From Bacteroidales bacterium (lineage in GTDB: Bacteria; Bacteroidota; Bacteroidia; Bacteroidales; VadinHA17), in the NCBI GenBank assembly GCA_038252165.1, contig JBBSAP010000001.1, positions 1,530 through 65,529 on the forward strand: a stretch of 64,000 nt of DNA, written 5' to 3'. The notes below the pieces were generated by a model. That model was not told the origin of the DNA. It was given only the letters and a program-made list of their open reading frames with translations, and made no database searches. Of this stretch, positions 55,032 to 64,000 are shown one piece after another. A program made the translations under genes and the position numbers. Numbering within the stretch: the stretch's first letter is position 1; the number at the start of each line of letters is the position of its first letter.

Positions 55032-55282
55032 GGTATCAATTGCCCCTCAATTCGGTTGCAAAGATAATTAATGTTTTAATATAATCAAGGTATAAAAGCA
55101 GATTTTTTTATTTTATTACAAAGTAACACAAAGGTAATCACCAAGTAACACTAATGTTTTTCATTATAAGCACCCCTTTGTTTACATTTGTGATTTTCTT
55201 CGTGAACCTTTGGGGTAAAAAGCTAAGAGCTGACAGATATTGAATAACTCAATGTGTCAAGCTCATTATTTATGTCTTACAG

Positions 55283-56224
55283 ATGACCAGGGATATATAT
55301 ACAGAAGACGAGATTAACCTTCTGTCCAACTGCACCCTTTGTCCCCGTGAATGCGGAGTGAACAGGTTTGAGGGAGGCACAGGATACTGCAGGGCTGACG
55401 CCGGCATGAACATTGGTTCGATCTGCATCCACCGGGGCGAGGAACCGGCAATAAGCGGACCAGGCGGAATCTGCAATGTTTTCTTTTTGGGATGCAACCT
55501 CAGGTGTATCTATTGTCAGAACTACGATATAAGCAGACCGGGAGGGGATCGCAGAAGGAGTGTCTCCAGCCTGAATGAAACCCTTGATCATATAGAAGAG
55601 ATCCTTTCCGATGATATCAAGGCGATCGGATTTGTTTCGCCTTCCCATGTTGTGCCCCAGGTAAAAGCCATTATAAGAGGATTAAATGCAAGAGGATTGA
55701 ACCCTGCCACTGTCTATAATACAAACAGTTATGACAAGCCTGAAGTGATTGATAGCCTTGACGGTATGATTGATGTGTATCTTCCCGATTATAAATATGT
55801 TACCGCTTCTCTGGCGGAAGAACTTTCAGATGCTTCCGATTATCCGCTGGTAGCACTCAGGGCGATTAAAAGGATGTATTATCAGAAAGGATCAGCACTT
55901 CCCCTGGATAAAGAGGGCAGGGCAGAAAACGGGATGCTGATAAGGCACCTTGTTCTGCCAGGACATACTGAGGAGAGCGAACAAATGCTGAAAATTCTTG
56001 CTGAAGAACTTTCACCCGGAGTTAGCCTGTCTCTTATGTCGCAGTACCATCCTACTCCTTATGTCAGTGGCCATGCCAATCTGAAAAGGACCCTGTATAA
56101 GGCAGAATACGGAGTCGTTGTCAAAGCTATGGAAGATCTGGGATTTCGTAACGGATGGATCCAGGATATGGAGAGCTACCGGAACTACAGACCGGATTTC
56201 AGGAGGAAACATCCGTTTGAATAA
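55283..56224 (+). CDS. Radical SAM protein, PflX-like (glycyl-radical activase-related)
   Basis: NCTLCPRECGVNR..GTGYCRA N-terminal Cys motif plus CNLRCIYCQN (CxxxCxxC). Confidence 0.75.
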   Translation: MTRDIYTEDEINLLSNCTLCPRECGVNRFEGGTGYCRADAGMNIGSICIHRGEEPAISGPGGICNVFFLGCNLRCIYCQNYDISRPGGDRRRSVSSLNETLDHIEEILSDDIKAIGFVSPSHVVPQVKAIIRGLNARGLNPATVYNTNSYDKPEVIDSLDGMIDVYLPDYKYVTASLAEELSDASDYPLVALRAIKRMYYQKGSALPLDKEGRAENGMLIRHLVLPGHTEESEQMLKILAEELSPGVSLSLMSQYHPTPYVSGHANLKRTLYKAEYGVVVKAMEDLGFRNGWIQDMESYRNYRPDFRRKHPFE

Positions 56225-56227
56225 ATG

Positions 56228-56298
56228 GCCCCCCAACCCCCCTGAAGGGGGGCTTTCATAATGACTGCAAAACTGCAAAACTGCATGACTGCATGACT
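56228..56298. repeat. C6/G6 hairpin repeat element followed by an ACTGCAWR 8-mer tandem repeat (x4)
   Basis: GGCCCCCCAACCCCCCTGAAGGGGGGCTTT (56228-56256), then actgcaaa actgcaaa actgcatg actgcatg act (56264-56298). Confidence 0.75.
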
Positions 56299-56306
56299 TA
56301 TTTCCC

Positions 56307-57023
56307 TTACATGAATTTTTCCCTTTTCTGCAGATTGAAAAGTGCGGCGAGCAGAAACAATATTGTTCCGGTTATCATTATTATCCTGTTCTTCAGTGTT
56401 ATGATAGCCCATGTTGTTTCATTAACGTCGTAAGCCGGATCGAATGGATTCAGAAAAATATTCCATTGACTTTTGCGCAGCGGTTCCTCAAGGATCAGAA
56501 AAAAGATTCCAAATATTATCATTATCACCGCGGTCCCATTGCCGTTTCTGATTACGGTGGAGAGCATGAATGCCATCATCCCCAGGAAAAGGACCGGAAT
56601 CATTACCTGTACCGTTACCATGAAAAACCGGAATTTGACAATCAGAACTGAAGAAAGAAATGTGAATACCAGCATAATCAGGAATGCAATTACAAAAATA
56701 AGTATTATCCTGACCAGCCAAACTTTGTACCTGTAATTTGGAATGCCGAAGAGTATTTCGATGGTCCTTGCATCCTGGTCGTTCTGAATTCCGAAAACTG
56801 ACGGGTAAAATACAAGCAGGATGCCGGAAAAGAGAAAAACACCATAAAGATGCGACATCCTTGAAACATCATTTGAAAAAACATAGATTACAGAAAGTCC
56901 CAGGTAGAATACCAGGGATCCGGTGAGGAACCAGATAAATTTATTTGCAAAAATGATTCTCAGATTATAGAGTATCATCTTCTGTATTAAAGTGAAGTAA
57001 TTATATAAAGTGTTGGTTTTCAT
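56307..57023 (-). CDS. ABC-2-type transporter permease (6 TM)
   Basis: Six hydrophobic helices. DQDARTIEILFGIP resembles the E..GT.E.L motif of ABC-2 permeases. Lies directly downstream of the fused ABC ATPase. Confidence 0.6.
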   Translation of the reverse strand: MKTNTLYNYFTLIQKMILYNLRIIFANKFIWFLTGSLVFYLGLSVIYVFSNDVSRMSHLYGVFLFSGILLVFYPSVFGIQNDQDARTIEILFGIPNYRYKVWLVRIILIFVIAFLIMLVFTFLSSVLIVKFRFFMVTVQVMIPVLFLGMMAFMLSTVIRNGNGTAVIMIIFGIFFLILEEPLRKSQWNIFLNPFDPAYDVNETTWAIITLKNRIIMITGTILFLLAALFNLQKREKFM

Positions 57024-57130
57024 AATGATGTTTTAAAACCATGGACTTATGCAGAATTACAAGGATTCCAGTGAGTTATACAATGTAATTACAATGTAAT
57101 TACGTGTTTTCTGAAGACTTAATTGTTTTT

Positions 57131-60100
57131 TCATTCAACCTGATTTTTGTCTTTTTTTCTAAGCAGCCACAAATATGCATCTTCCAGATTCGGAGTTGCA
57201 TTTACAGCGTTTTCCCTGGGTTTTAATTCTGAAATGACTCTCATTCTTACATTTTCACCCTCCGACATATGATGCACTACAAGATGTTCCTCTACGAATT
57301 TGCCGAATTCGCCGGCAGGTATCTTAAACTGCCATACATGTCCTTCGGCCTCTTTTGTCATATCCGATGGCTTCCCAAGGAATCTCAGCTTTCCCTTGTT
57401 CAGAACTGCCACCTGATTGCACGAGCTTGAGATATCCTCAATTATATGTGTCGAAAAGATCACAATACGTTCACGGCTCAGTTCGACAAGCAGGTTCCTG
57501 AACCTTATCCTTTCCCTGGGATCGAGTCCGGCGGTAGGTTCATCAACCACCAGGATCCTTGGCAGGTGAAGCAGGATGAGGGCAATACCCATTCTCTGTT
57601 TCATACCTCCTGAGTACGACCCAATATATTCATGCCTCCGCTCTTCCATATGAACGGCTTTCAGAACATATGTGACCCTCTCTTCCCTTGACCGGGCATC
57701 AATATTATTCTTAAGCATTGCCTGGTAATGAAGATATTCGTGAGCGGTCATGTTTTCATAGCTTCCGAATTCCTGGGGAAGATAGCCAATAAGTCCCTGC
57801 AGCTCCTCGCGTTTTTTCTGGGTATCAAGCCCATTGATCCAGACTTTTCCATAGCTCTGTTCAAGAATTCCACAGATGATCCTCATAAGCGTGGTTTTTC
57901 CTGCTCCGTTTGGTCCAAGCAGACCAAACATCCCGTTACCGATATTGAGTGAGACACAGCTCAGGGCTTTAAATGGCTTCTTCTTTTTACCGATCAGAGG
58001 AACAGCTGCAACCAACCTATAGATAGTTTTTCTTATCTCCCTGAACTTTCCTTCCAGCCTGTATATATCAATGTTTTCCTCACCCAGCTTAATACCGGTT
58101 TTATATATAAACAGTCCGGTAAACCATAGAAATCCGAGTATAAGCACCACTGCAATGTTGTTCCATTTAAGCTGGAACATTACAAGGTTCAGCAGGGGGA
58201 TTATCCAGAAGACAATGAAATCGATAGCCGGAATAAGTCTCTTCAGATGCTTTCTGTTCCCTTTTGCAGAAAGGTTTGTAAAGAGTTCTCTGAACTGGTT
58301 CCAGACCGCTGAAAGAAAGAACCAGGTTCCGAGGCTGAAAAGGAATATCCAGAATCCTTTCTGAAGGTAGAAATACGTGAAATAGATCATAAATACAATA
58401 AGCGGGAACTGCCATGATACCTGGGTCATGTCTTTCCATTTCCTGAAATGCTTTTCGAGCCCCAGCCTCTCCCTGATTCTTGCACCTGCTTTCCATTCAC
58501 GCGACCACCTGTTTTCTCTTTCGTATATCTTGACAAGACTCTGCACATAAATGTTTATTGGCTCATCAGGGGGGATCACTGTCTCTCTGGCCTTTCTGAG
58601 ACTGTTCATCACGAACCATGTTGATGCAGGCACGAGTATTACTGAAAGGATAGTGGTTATAAGTTTCCAGAGGAATTTATCAATATGGTTGTAGATAAGA
58701 AATATAAGCAAGCTAAAGATTATCAGCTGAAAAGCTTTGTTCTTCCAGCTGAGCGATCGGAACCAATCAAGCGAATTTTCAAGTCCGGAATAAAACGTCG
58801 GAATGAAGATCAGTGTCAGGAGTGTGCTGAGGGTCAGTCCGCCGATAACGGTAATTGCAAATGATGCTCCGATGACTGATACAAACTCAGCCTTCCCCAT
58901 GGCCAGCGGGAACATAGCAATAACGGTCGTAGAGGCGGTTATTAGAATAGGTCTTATTCTTGCCATGCCTGCTGTCATTAATGCTCTTGAACGCCTGTAA
59001 CCCCGTTTCCGAAGTATGTTTGTATAGTCAATCAGTATTATGCCATTATTTACCACAACTCCCAGAAGGATAAGGAAGCCTGTCAGTGTATTGGCGCTGA
59101 GGAGAGTATTTCCGGTGATGATCAGGGCAATAAGAGATCCAAGCGCTGCCAGTGGGATGCTGAACAACAGGACAAATGGTATGGAGAGCGACTCGAAAAC
59201 AGCCGCCAGGATCATGAATATCAGGAGGAATGCTATCCCGATCAGATTGTAGAATTCCTTAAGCTGGTTCTCTTCATGGACAACTTCGACAGCAATCCCT
59301 GAAGGTATATTTAATCTTGATACGACTGATTCTATTTCAGCACGGGCACCTTCAAGCAGATCTTTCGAAGACTTTATTTCATCCTTGAAATTGTAGGTAA
59401 CTGTTACTCTCTTTTCCTGGTTTTCCCTGTGAATATTACCCATCCCGTATGAGAAAATGATATTTGCAAGCTCTTCCATTTCCATCACAGCCCCGGTGGC
59501 GCTTGTCACCTCCAGGCTCTTAAGATCGTCAATTGTTTTTTCCCTGTTCAGGCCTGCCGTGGCATCCTCTTCCGAATATTTGATTATTATGTCATAGCTT
59601 TCTGTACCCTGCTTGAAGGTGGCGCCTGAAGAGTATTCCCTTCCGAATGTTGAAAGAGCAGCTCCCAGATTGGCCAGTGTGAAATTATTCCTGCCGATAA
59701 AATCCATATCAAAATTCAGCCTTACCTCGGGTGTATTATCCTGCACATTTATATTGACATTATTAATTGTCTCCAGATCATCAATGTACGACCTGATATC
59801 ATCAGCAAGGTTCTTCATCTGTTCAAAATTCTGGCCCTTGATTATCACGCTTTCGGGCTGTGAACCTATACCGAGAAGGATGCTAAAATCGGCTCCGGGA
59901 TTTCCGCCCCCTGCACCGCCGTCTCCGCCGGTAAAACCTCCGCTGGCAGAAATTTCATCCATGCTGATCTCGGCAGAGGAGATCTTCTTAGTCTTTTCTG
60001 AGATATCATTTTTAATCTCAGGTAGGCTCCTTTTACTTGTCTTGTCCCATTCTTTGTAAAGATTGATTGTTACCGTAGCCTTATCTTCTTCAATCCGGCT

Positions 60101-61879
60101 CACCAGATCCTCCTTTTCGGGGATTGAAGCAAGCCTCGATTCAATTTCTGCGACCAGGGCATCGGTTTTCGCAAGTGTTGACCCGGCTGGCATTGTAACG
60201 CTTAGTCTGAACTCAGGTGTCTCGATTTCACTGTTTGTGGTCAGGCTCAGCGTGAGGCTTATCAGAAGAGCTGCAAAGAACACTACCAGCGTCCCGATGA
60301 TAGTAGATGCAGGGTTTCTCATGCTTGCCTTAAGCACGAGGTGGTATGCCTGTATCAGCCTGTCGTGGATGGAGAGTTTTTTGAAAACTTCTGATTTACC
60401 CTCGGAGGGACCCGACAGAATATAAAATGTTGCCATCGGGATGATAAGCATGGCAACTGCAAGCGAAACCAGAAGAGTTGAAATAATGGAGACACTTATG
60501 TTCTTTCCGATTAGTTTAATAAGGAAATTGGTCGTAAAGATAAATGGGAAAAAGACGATCACAGTTGTAAGGGTTGATGCAAAAATTGCACGGATAACCT
60601 CTTTGGTCCCTTGCTTTACAGCTTTTTCCGGATCCCTGCCCGATCCGGCCAGACGGTAAATATTTTCCAGGACCACTACCGAGTTATCGACAAGCATCCC
60701 TATGGCAAGGGCTATTCCGACAAGGGTAAGGCTGTTGATCGTAATGTTGAAAGCATAGAAGAAATTGAATGCTGTATAGACTGAAACCGGTATTGAAATT
60801 GCAATCACAGTAACAAGCCTGATATTCCTCAGAAAGAACCATAGGATCAGAATCGCCAGCAAACCACCTGTTATTGCCAGGTTGATTATCTGATTTATGT
60901 TCTTTTCCATTGTCTCGGCACTGTTGTTCTGAACGACTATTTCGATCCCGGAGGCAGCCAGATCCCTGTTAAGCTTCTTAACCTGGTCAGTGGCAGTGTG
61001 TGAAAGTCCTATAAGATTGGCCTGTTTATCATTTACAAGGTTGATCGTTACCTCGTCCATCCCGTTAACCCTGCTGTAAGAACTTGGTTCCTTGACTCCA
61101 TAAAAAATCTCAGCAATATCCCTGAGCAGAACCGGCCCGTCCCGTTTGACAATAATATTTCCTATATCCCTGACATCGGTATAGTTGGAAGTTATGTTGA
61201 CATACACTTCATTATTGCCGTCATAAACTTTACCGGCAAAGGTCTTATCCTTTCCGTTATTGTTCAGCAGGGTACTTACCTGGTTCATAGTGATGCCAAG
61301 GGACTTGCATGCTTTTTTATTCAGCCTTACCTCAATTGAGCTTTCCTTTCCCCCGTAAACCTGGACGCCGGCAATACCGTCGATATTCTCAAATTCAGGT
61401 TTGATCTCTCTGTCAGTTATGTTTCTTATCCTGTCGACGCCTCCTTCTCCTCTCACCTGAAGCGACATAAACTGATTTGTCAGCTGTTCAAGATCGAGTT
61501 TTATCACATTAATAATAAACTCTTCAGGGATAGAGCTTTTTATAAGGTCGATTTTCTCCTGGAGCTTGAGATTTGCATATTTAAGGTCGGAATTTTTGAC
61601 ATAATAGACTATTATTGTCCCGTACCTTGAAGTGATGTTTGATTCTATCTTTTCGACACCTTCCAGTGTCCCGATAGCTCCTTCGATAGGAATGATTGCC
61701 TGGCTCTCAATATATGAAGGGTCAACCTCAAGCGGAGTTCCCACCTGTACGAAAAGAGTTGGAAACTCAGCATTGGGTATCAGCTCGACAGCAAGCTTTT
61801 TATAGGAAACAAACCCGAGCAGTGACAGCCCGAGGAACAGCATACTGATGAGGATCCTTCTTTTAAGTATAAAATCCAT
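57131..61879 (-). CDS. Fusion protein: complete RND (AcrB-type) permease + 2 TM + ABC ATPase interrupted by a 4-TM insertion
   Basis: 1582-aa uninterrupted ORF. RND motifs GMLVDNSVVVLEN (TM4) and VVVNNGIILID (TM10). ABC motifs GPNGAGKTT, LPQE, YSGGMKQR, ILVVDEPTAGLD, STH. Confidence 0.85.
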   Translation of the reverse strand: MDFILKRRILISMLFLGLSLLGFVSYKKLAVELIPNAEFPTLFVQVGTPLEVDPSYIESQAIIPIEGAIGTLEGVEKIESNITSRYGTIIVYYVKNSDLKYANLKLQEKIDLIKSSIPEEFIINVIKLDLEQLTNQFMSLQVRGEGGVDRIRNITDREIKPEFENIDGIAGVQVYGGKESSIEVRLNKKACKSLGITMNQVSTLLNNNGKDKTFAGKVYDGNNEVYVNITSNYTDVRDIGNIIVKRDGPVLLRDIAEIFYGVKEPSSYSRVNGMDEVTINLVNDKQANLIGLSHTATDQVKKLNRDLAASGIEIVVQNNSAETMEKNINQIINLAITGGLLAILILWFFLRNIRLVTVIAISIPVSVYTAFNFFYAFNITINSLTLVGIALAIGMLVDNSVVVLENIYRLAGSGRDPEKAVKQGTKEVIRAIFASTLTTVIVFFPFIFTTNFLIKLIGKNISVSIISTLLVSLAVAMLIIPMATFYILSGPSEGKSEVFKKLSIHDRLIQAYHLVLKASMRNPASTIIGTLVVFFAALLISLTLSLTTNSEIETPEFRLSVTMPAGSTLAKTDALVAEIESRLASIPEKEDLVSRIEEDKATVTINLYKEWDKTSKRSLPEIKNDISEKTKKISSAEISMDEISASGGFTGGDGGAGGGNPGADFSILLGIGSQPESVIIKGQNFEQMKNLADDIRSYIDDLETINNVNINVQDNTPEVRLNFDMDFIGRNNFTLANLGAALSTFGREYSSGATFKQGTESYDIIIKYSEEDATAGLNREKTIDDLKSLEVTSATGAVMEMEELANIIFSYGMGNIHRENQEKRVTVTYNFKDEIKSSKDLLEGARAEIESVVSRLNIPSGIAVEVVHEENQLKEFYNLIGIAFLLIFMILAAVFESLSIPFVLLFSIPLAALGSLIALIITGNTLLSANTLTGFLILLGVVVNNGIILIDYTNILRKRGYRRSRALMTAGMARIRPILITASTTVIAMFPLAMGKAEFVSVIGASFAITVIGGLTLSTLLTLIFIPTFYSGLENSLDWFRSLSWKNKAFQLIIFSLLIFLIYNHIDKFLWKLITTILSVILVPASTWFVMNSLRKARETVIPPDEPINIYVQSLVKIYERENRWSREWKAGARIRERLGLEKHFRKWKDMTQVSWQFPLIVFMIYFTYFYLQKGFWIFLFSLGTWFFLSAVWNQFRELFTNLSAKGNRKHLKRLIPAIDFIVFWIIPLLNLVMFQLKWNNIAVVLILGFLWFTGLFIYKTGIKLGEENIDIYRLEGKFREIRKTIYRLVAAVPLIGKKKKPFKALSCVSLNIGNGMFGLLGPNGAGKTTLMRIICGILEQSYGKVWINGLDTQKKREELQGLIGYLPQEFGSYENMTAHEYLHYQAMLKNNIDARSREERVTYVLKAVHMEERRHEYIGSYSGGMKQRMGIALILLHLPRILVVDEPTAGLDPRERIRFRNLLVELSRERIVIFSTHIIEDISSSCNQVAVLNKGKLRFLGKPSDMTKEAEGHVWQFKIPAGEFGKFVEEHLVVHHMSEGENVRMRVISELKPRENAVNATPNLEDAYLWLLRKKDKNQVE

Positions 61880-61887
61880 CTGCTTCC

Positions 61888-64000
61888 TTATAAAATAGTT
61901 ACAGGATCAGGGGAGCTCTTTTTCTTTCCGCTTACAAAATCTCCAAAGCTGTCGAATACCCAGTAAACACACGGTATCACTATCAGTGTGAGCAGTGTGG
62001 AGGATATTAATCCGCCGATCACTGCCAGAGCCATTGGTGATCTCAGCGATGCGCTTTCGCCAATCCCTATTGTCAGAGGAAGAAGAGCAAGTATCGTAGT
62101 AAGGCTTGTCATAATGATCGGCCTTATACGCTGTGATCCTGCAATTAATATTGCGTCTCTTTTGTTTATTCCGGCCTCCCTGAGCTGATTTATGCGGTCG
62201 ATAAGGATAATTGCATTGTTGACCGCAATACCAGCGAGCATAATGATCCCGATATATGCCATCATATTCAATGGTTTACCCAGAAGAAAAAAAGCGAAGA
62301 CTGTTCCCACGCCAGCAAGGGGGATTGTGAGCATTATGACGAAGGGTTGTATTATCGATTCAAATTGCGAGGCCAGAACCATAAATACAAGTACCAGTGA
62401 AAGGATAAGCGCAAACGTAAGATTCGAAATTGACTCCTTCCTTTTAAGTTCCTCTCCCGTGAATTCCATCTTATAGTCAACCGGGAGAGCGATTGATCTC
62501 AGGGAAGATTCTGCCTCTCTTACAACCTTATCAAAGGGCTGGTTGCTTTTTGCCATGGCATATACATAGCAGGTCCTTGCCTGGTTGCGTCGTGTTATTT
62601 CCCGGGGACTTGTTACTGTCCTTATTTCAGCAAGCTCGCTGAGAGGCACCTTAATATTTCCCGCTGTAATAATCAGATCATTAAGCTGGTTAAGCGATAT
62701 TTTTCCCAGCTTAATGGTTATATCCTTAAGTTCACCATCCTTTTCAAAGGTTCCGGCAGAGGAACCTTCAAGATAACTCCTGATCTGGTTTATGACGCTC
62801 TCAACAGTAACATTATAATAGCTGGTCTTAAACCGGTCAATTGCTACTTCAACCTCAGGGGTACCTTCATCCATCGAAGTAGTAACATTATAGAGCCCTT
62901 TGTTCTGCTCAAGAATTGCTTTTGACTCTTTAAGAATTCTTTCAAGTTCAATATATTCTTTCCCTGATATTTCCAGGGCAAAAGGCGCCTCTGATGTTCC
63001 AAGCGCCGACTCAAGAGCGGTCTCTTCCCGTGTAAAAGTTGCTTCAAGGCCCGGAACCGTTTTAAGGTAATTTTCCACAAGGCTTATTGCATTTTCAGTT
63101 TCCGATGCAAATTCATCAGCAAGAATTACTTTAAGTGAAGCCGTATTTTCGCCTTTTACGTTAGATGTCTGACTTAAAGTTGAAGTATTGTCTTCACCTG
63201 ATTGGGTATATATCAATTTAAGCTTTTCACCGAGAAGGTCTTTTATTATTTCTTCAGTTTTTATTGCCGTGCTGTTTGTCCTGTAAAGGCTTGTGCCTTC
63301 CGGAAGCTTTAGTCCTACAGTAAATTGTGCTGATTCTGATCGGGGCATGAACTCGCTTCCAAGGCGGGGGACCATTAATCCTGCTATTGTTAAAACAATA
63401 ACAGAAAGCAGGATTACCAGGTTGCGTTTTTCAAGTATTTTTCCAAGGAATCCCTTGTACCATCTGAACTGTAAGGCCGTGATAGTAACGTTTTTTTTGC
63501 TTTTTTCCGGAAACAGAGTTGATACAAGCATAGGGATAACCAGCATTGCCACTAATAGAGATGACAGTAATGCAAAAGCGACTGTCCATGCCTGATCACG
63601 GAACATCTCGCTCGACGCTCCATGCAGGTACACTATTGGCAGGAAAACAACAATTGTCGTCACAGTTGAGGCTATGATTGCTCCTCCGACCTGGCCAGTA
63701 CCTGTTATTACAGCTTCATGCAAAGGCATACCCTCCTCCCTGTTCCTGGTTATATTTTCGAGTACCACAATAGCATTATCCACAAGCATCCCGGCACCAA
63801 GCGCCAATCCTCCAAGAGTCATTATGTTCAGAGTCAGATGGCTGAAATACATAAGATTAAAGGTTGCAATGATCGAAATGGGAATTGCAATGCTTATCAC
63901 CAGGGTTGTGCCTATCCTTCTCAGGAAAACAAAAAGAATGACAACAGCGAGTATGATACCTATTATGAGTGTATTTTTTACTTCACCGATTGCATTATTA
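61888..64000 (-). CDS. RND (AcrB-type) efflux permease, N-terminus beyond the window edge
   Basis: The frame stays open to nt 64000 (..NNAIGEVKNTLIIGIILAVVILFVFLRRIGTTLV upstream of the tracked GTG). GMLVDNAIVVLEN, IAVNNAIILID. Stop lies 8 nt before the next gene. Confidence 0.9.
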   Translation of the reverse strand, partial: NNAIGEVKNTLIIGIILAVVILFVFLRRIGTTLVISIAIPISIIATFNLMYFSHLTLNIMTLGGLALGAGMLVDNAIVVLENITRNREEGMPLHEAVITGTGQVGGAIIASTVTTIVVFLPIVYLHGASSEMFRDQAWTVAFALLSSLLVAMLVIPMLVSTLFPEKSKKNVTITALQFRWYKGFLGKILEKRNLVILLSVIVLTIAGLMVPRLGSEFMPRSESAQFTVGLKLPEGTSLYRTNSTAIKTEEIIKDLLGEKLKLIYTQSGEDNTSTLSQTSNVKGENTASLKVILADEFASETENAISLVENYLKTVPGLEATFTREETALESALGTSEAPFALEISGKEYIELERILKESKAILEQNKGLYNVTTSMDEGTPEVEVAIDRFKTSYYNVTVESVINQIRSYLEGSSAGTFEKDGELKDITIKLGKISLNQLNDLIITAGNIKVPLSELAEIRTVTSPREITRRNQARTCYVYAMAKSNQPFDKVVREAESSLRSIALPVDYKMEFTGEELKRKESISNLTFALILSLVLVFMVLASQFESIIQPFVIMLTIPLAGVGTVFAFFLLGKPLNMMAYIGIIMLAGIAVNNAIILIDRINQLREAGINKRDAILIAGSQRIRPIIMTSLTTILALLPLTIGIGESASLRSPMALAVIGGLISSTLLTLIVIPCVYWVFDSFGDFVSGKKKSSPDPVTIL

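Noticed and set aside
57131-61879. RND-ABC fusion considered as an artefact of a lost stop codon between two genes
   Set aside because: About 260 residues with six additional predicted TM helices connect the two modules in frame, and the helix count keeps the topology consistent. A single-base error would not create this. Read-level confirmation is still advisable.
1-64000. Mobile elements, prophage, defence islands
   Set aside because: No transposase, integrase, recombinase, reverse transcriptase, restriction/modification or toxin-antitoxin-like ORFs were recognised. The only mobile-like items are the small repeat elements and the hairpin-embedded four-helix-bundle gene.

Overview
This window looks like a chromosomal segment of a Bacteroidota-type genome. 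The evidence is the T9SS translocon gene sprA next to ruvA, TAnnTTTG-type promoter boxes, and few Shine-Dalgarno signals. A superoxide-reductase-like gene, a futalosine-type radical SAM gene and Fe-S genes hint at an anaerobic or microaerophilic lifestyle. All calls come from reading motifs in the supplied translations and the DNA; no database search was possible. Layout, left to right: (1) 0.5-1.6 kb holds a secreted C-type-lectin-like protein behind a 560-bp ORF-free leader. (2) 1.8-17.6 kb holds three paralogous cassettes. Each has a sensor histidine kinase (HK), an OmpR-type response regulator (RR) and a secreted TPR + PD40/TolB-like beta-propeller protein. Every HK-RR junction carries a hairpin built from CAGTC/GACTG heptad repeats. 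One of these hairpins has a four-helix-bundle (23S-IVS/Avd family) gene in its apex. (3) 17.8-24.8 kb holds DUF1080, a Cys-rich Fe-S protein, ROK kinase-MFS-SIS and a GH5 glycosidase. (4) 25-34 kb is housekeeping: tRNA-Met, a SOR-like gene, M23 peptidase, dxr, rseP, tatA (not in the ORF track), an MqnC/E-like radical SAM, pepA, pdxA and ruvA. (5) 34.1-41.6 kb is sprA. (6) 41.9-49.8 kb is a maltose/maltodextrin cluster (MFS, pgmB, GH65 phosphorylase, two GH13 enzymes). (7) 49.9-56.2 kb holds gcvH, the infB-nusA-rimP operon and a PflX-like radical SAM. (8) 56.3-64 kb is an unusual transporter operon. It contains a partial RND permease, then one 1582-aa ORF that fuses a complete RND permease to extra TM helices and an ABC ATPase whose domain is split by a membrane insertion, then an ABC-2-type permease. 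The two most interesting items are the RND-ABC fusion operon and the triplicated HK/RR/propeller cassettes with their heptad hairpins. Several short intergenic repeat families are also present. I saw no CRISPR array, transposase, integrase or phage gene.
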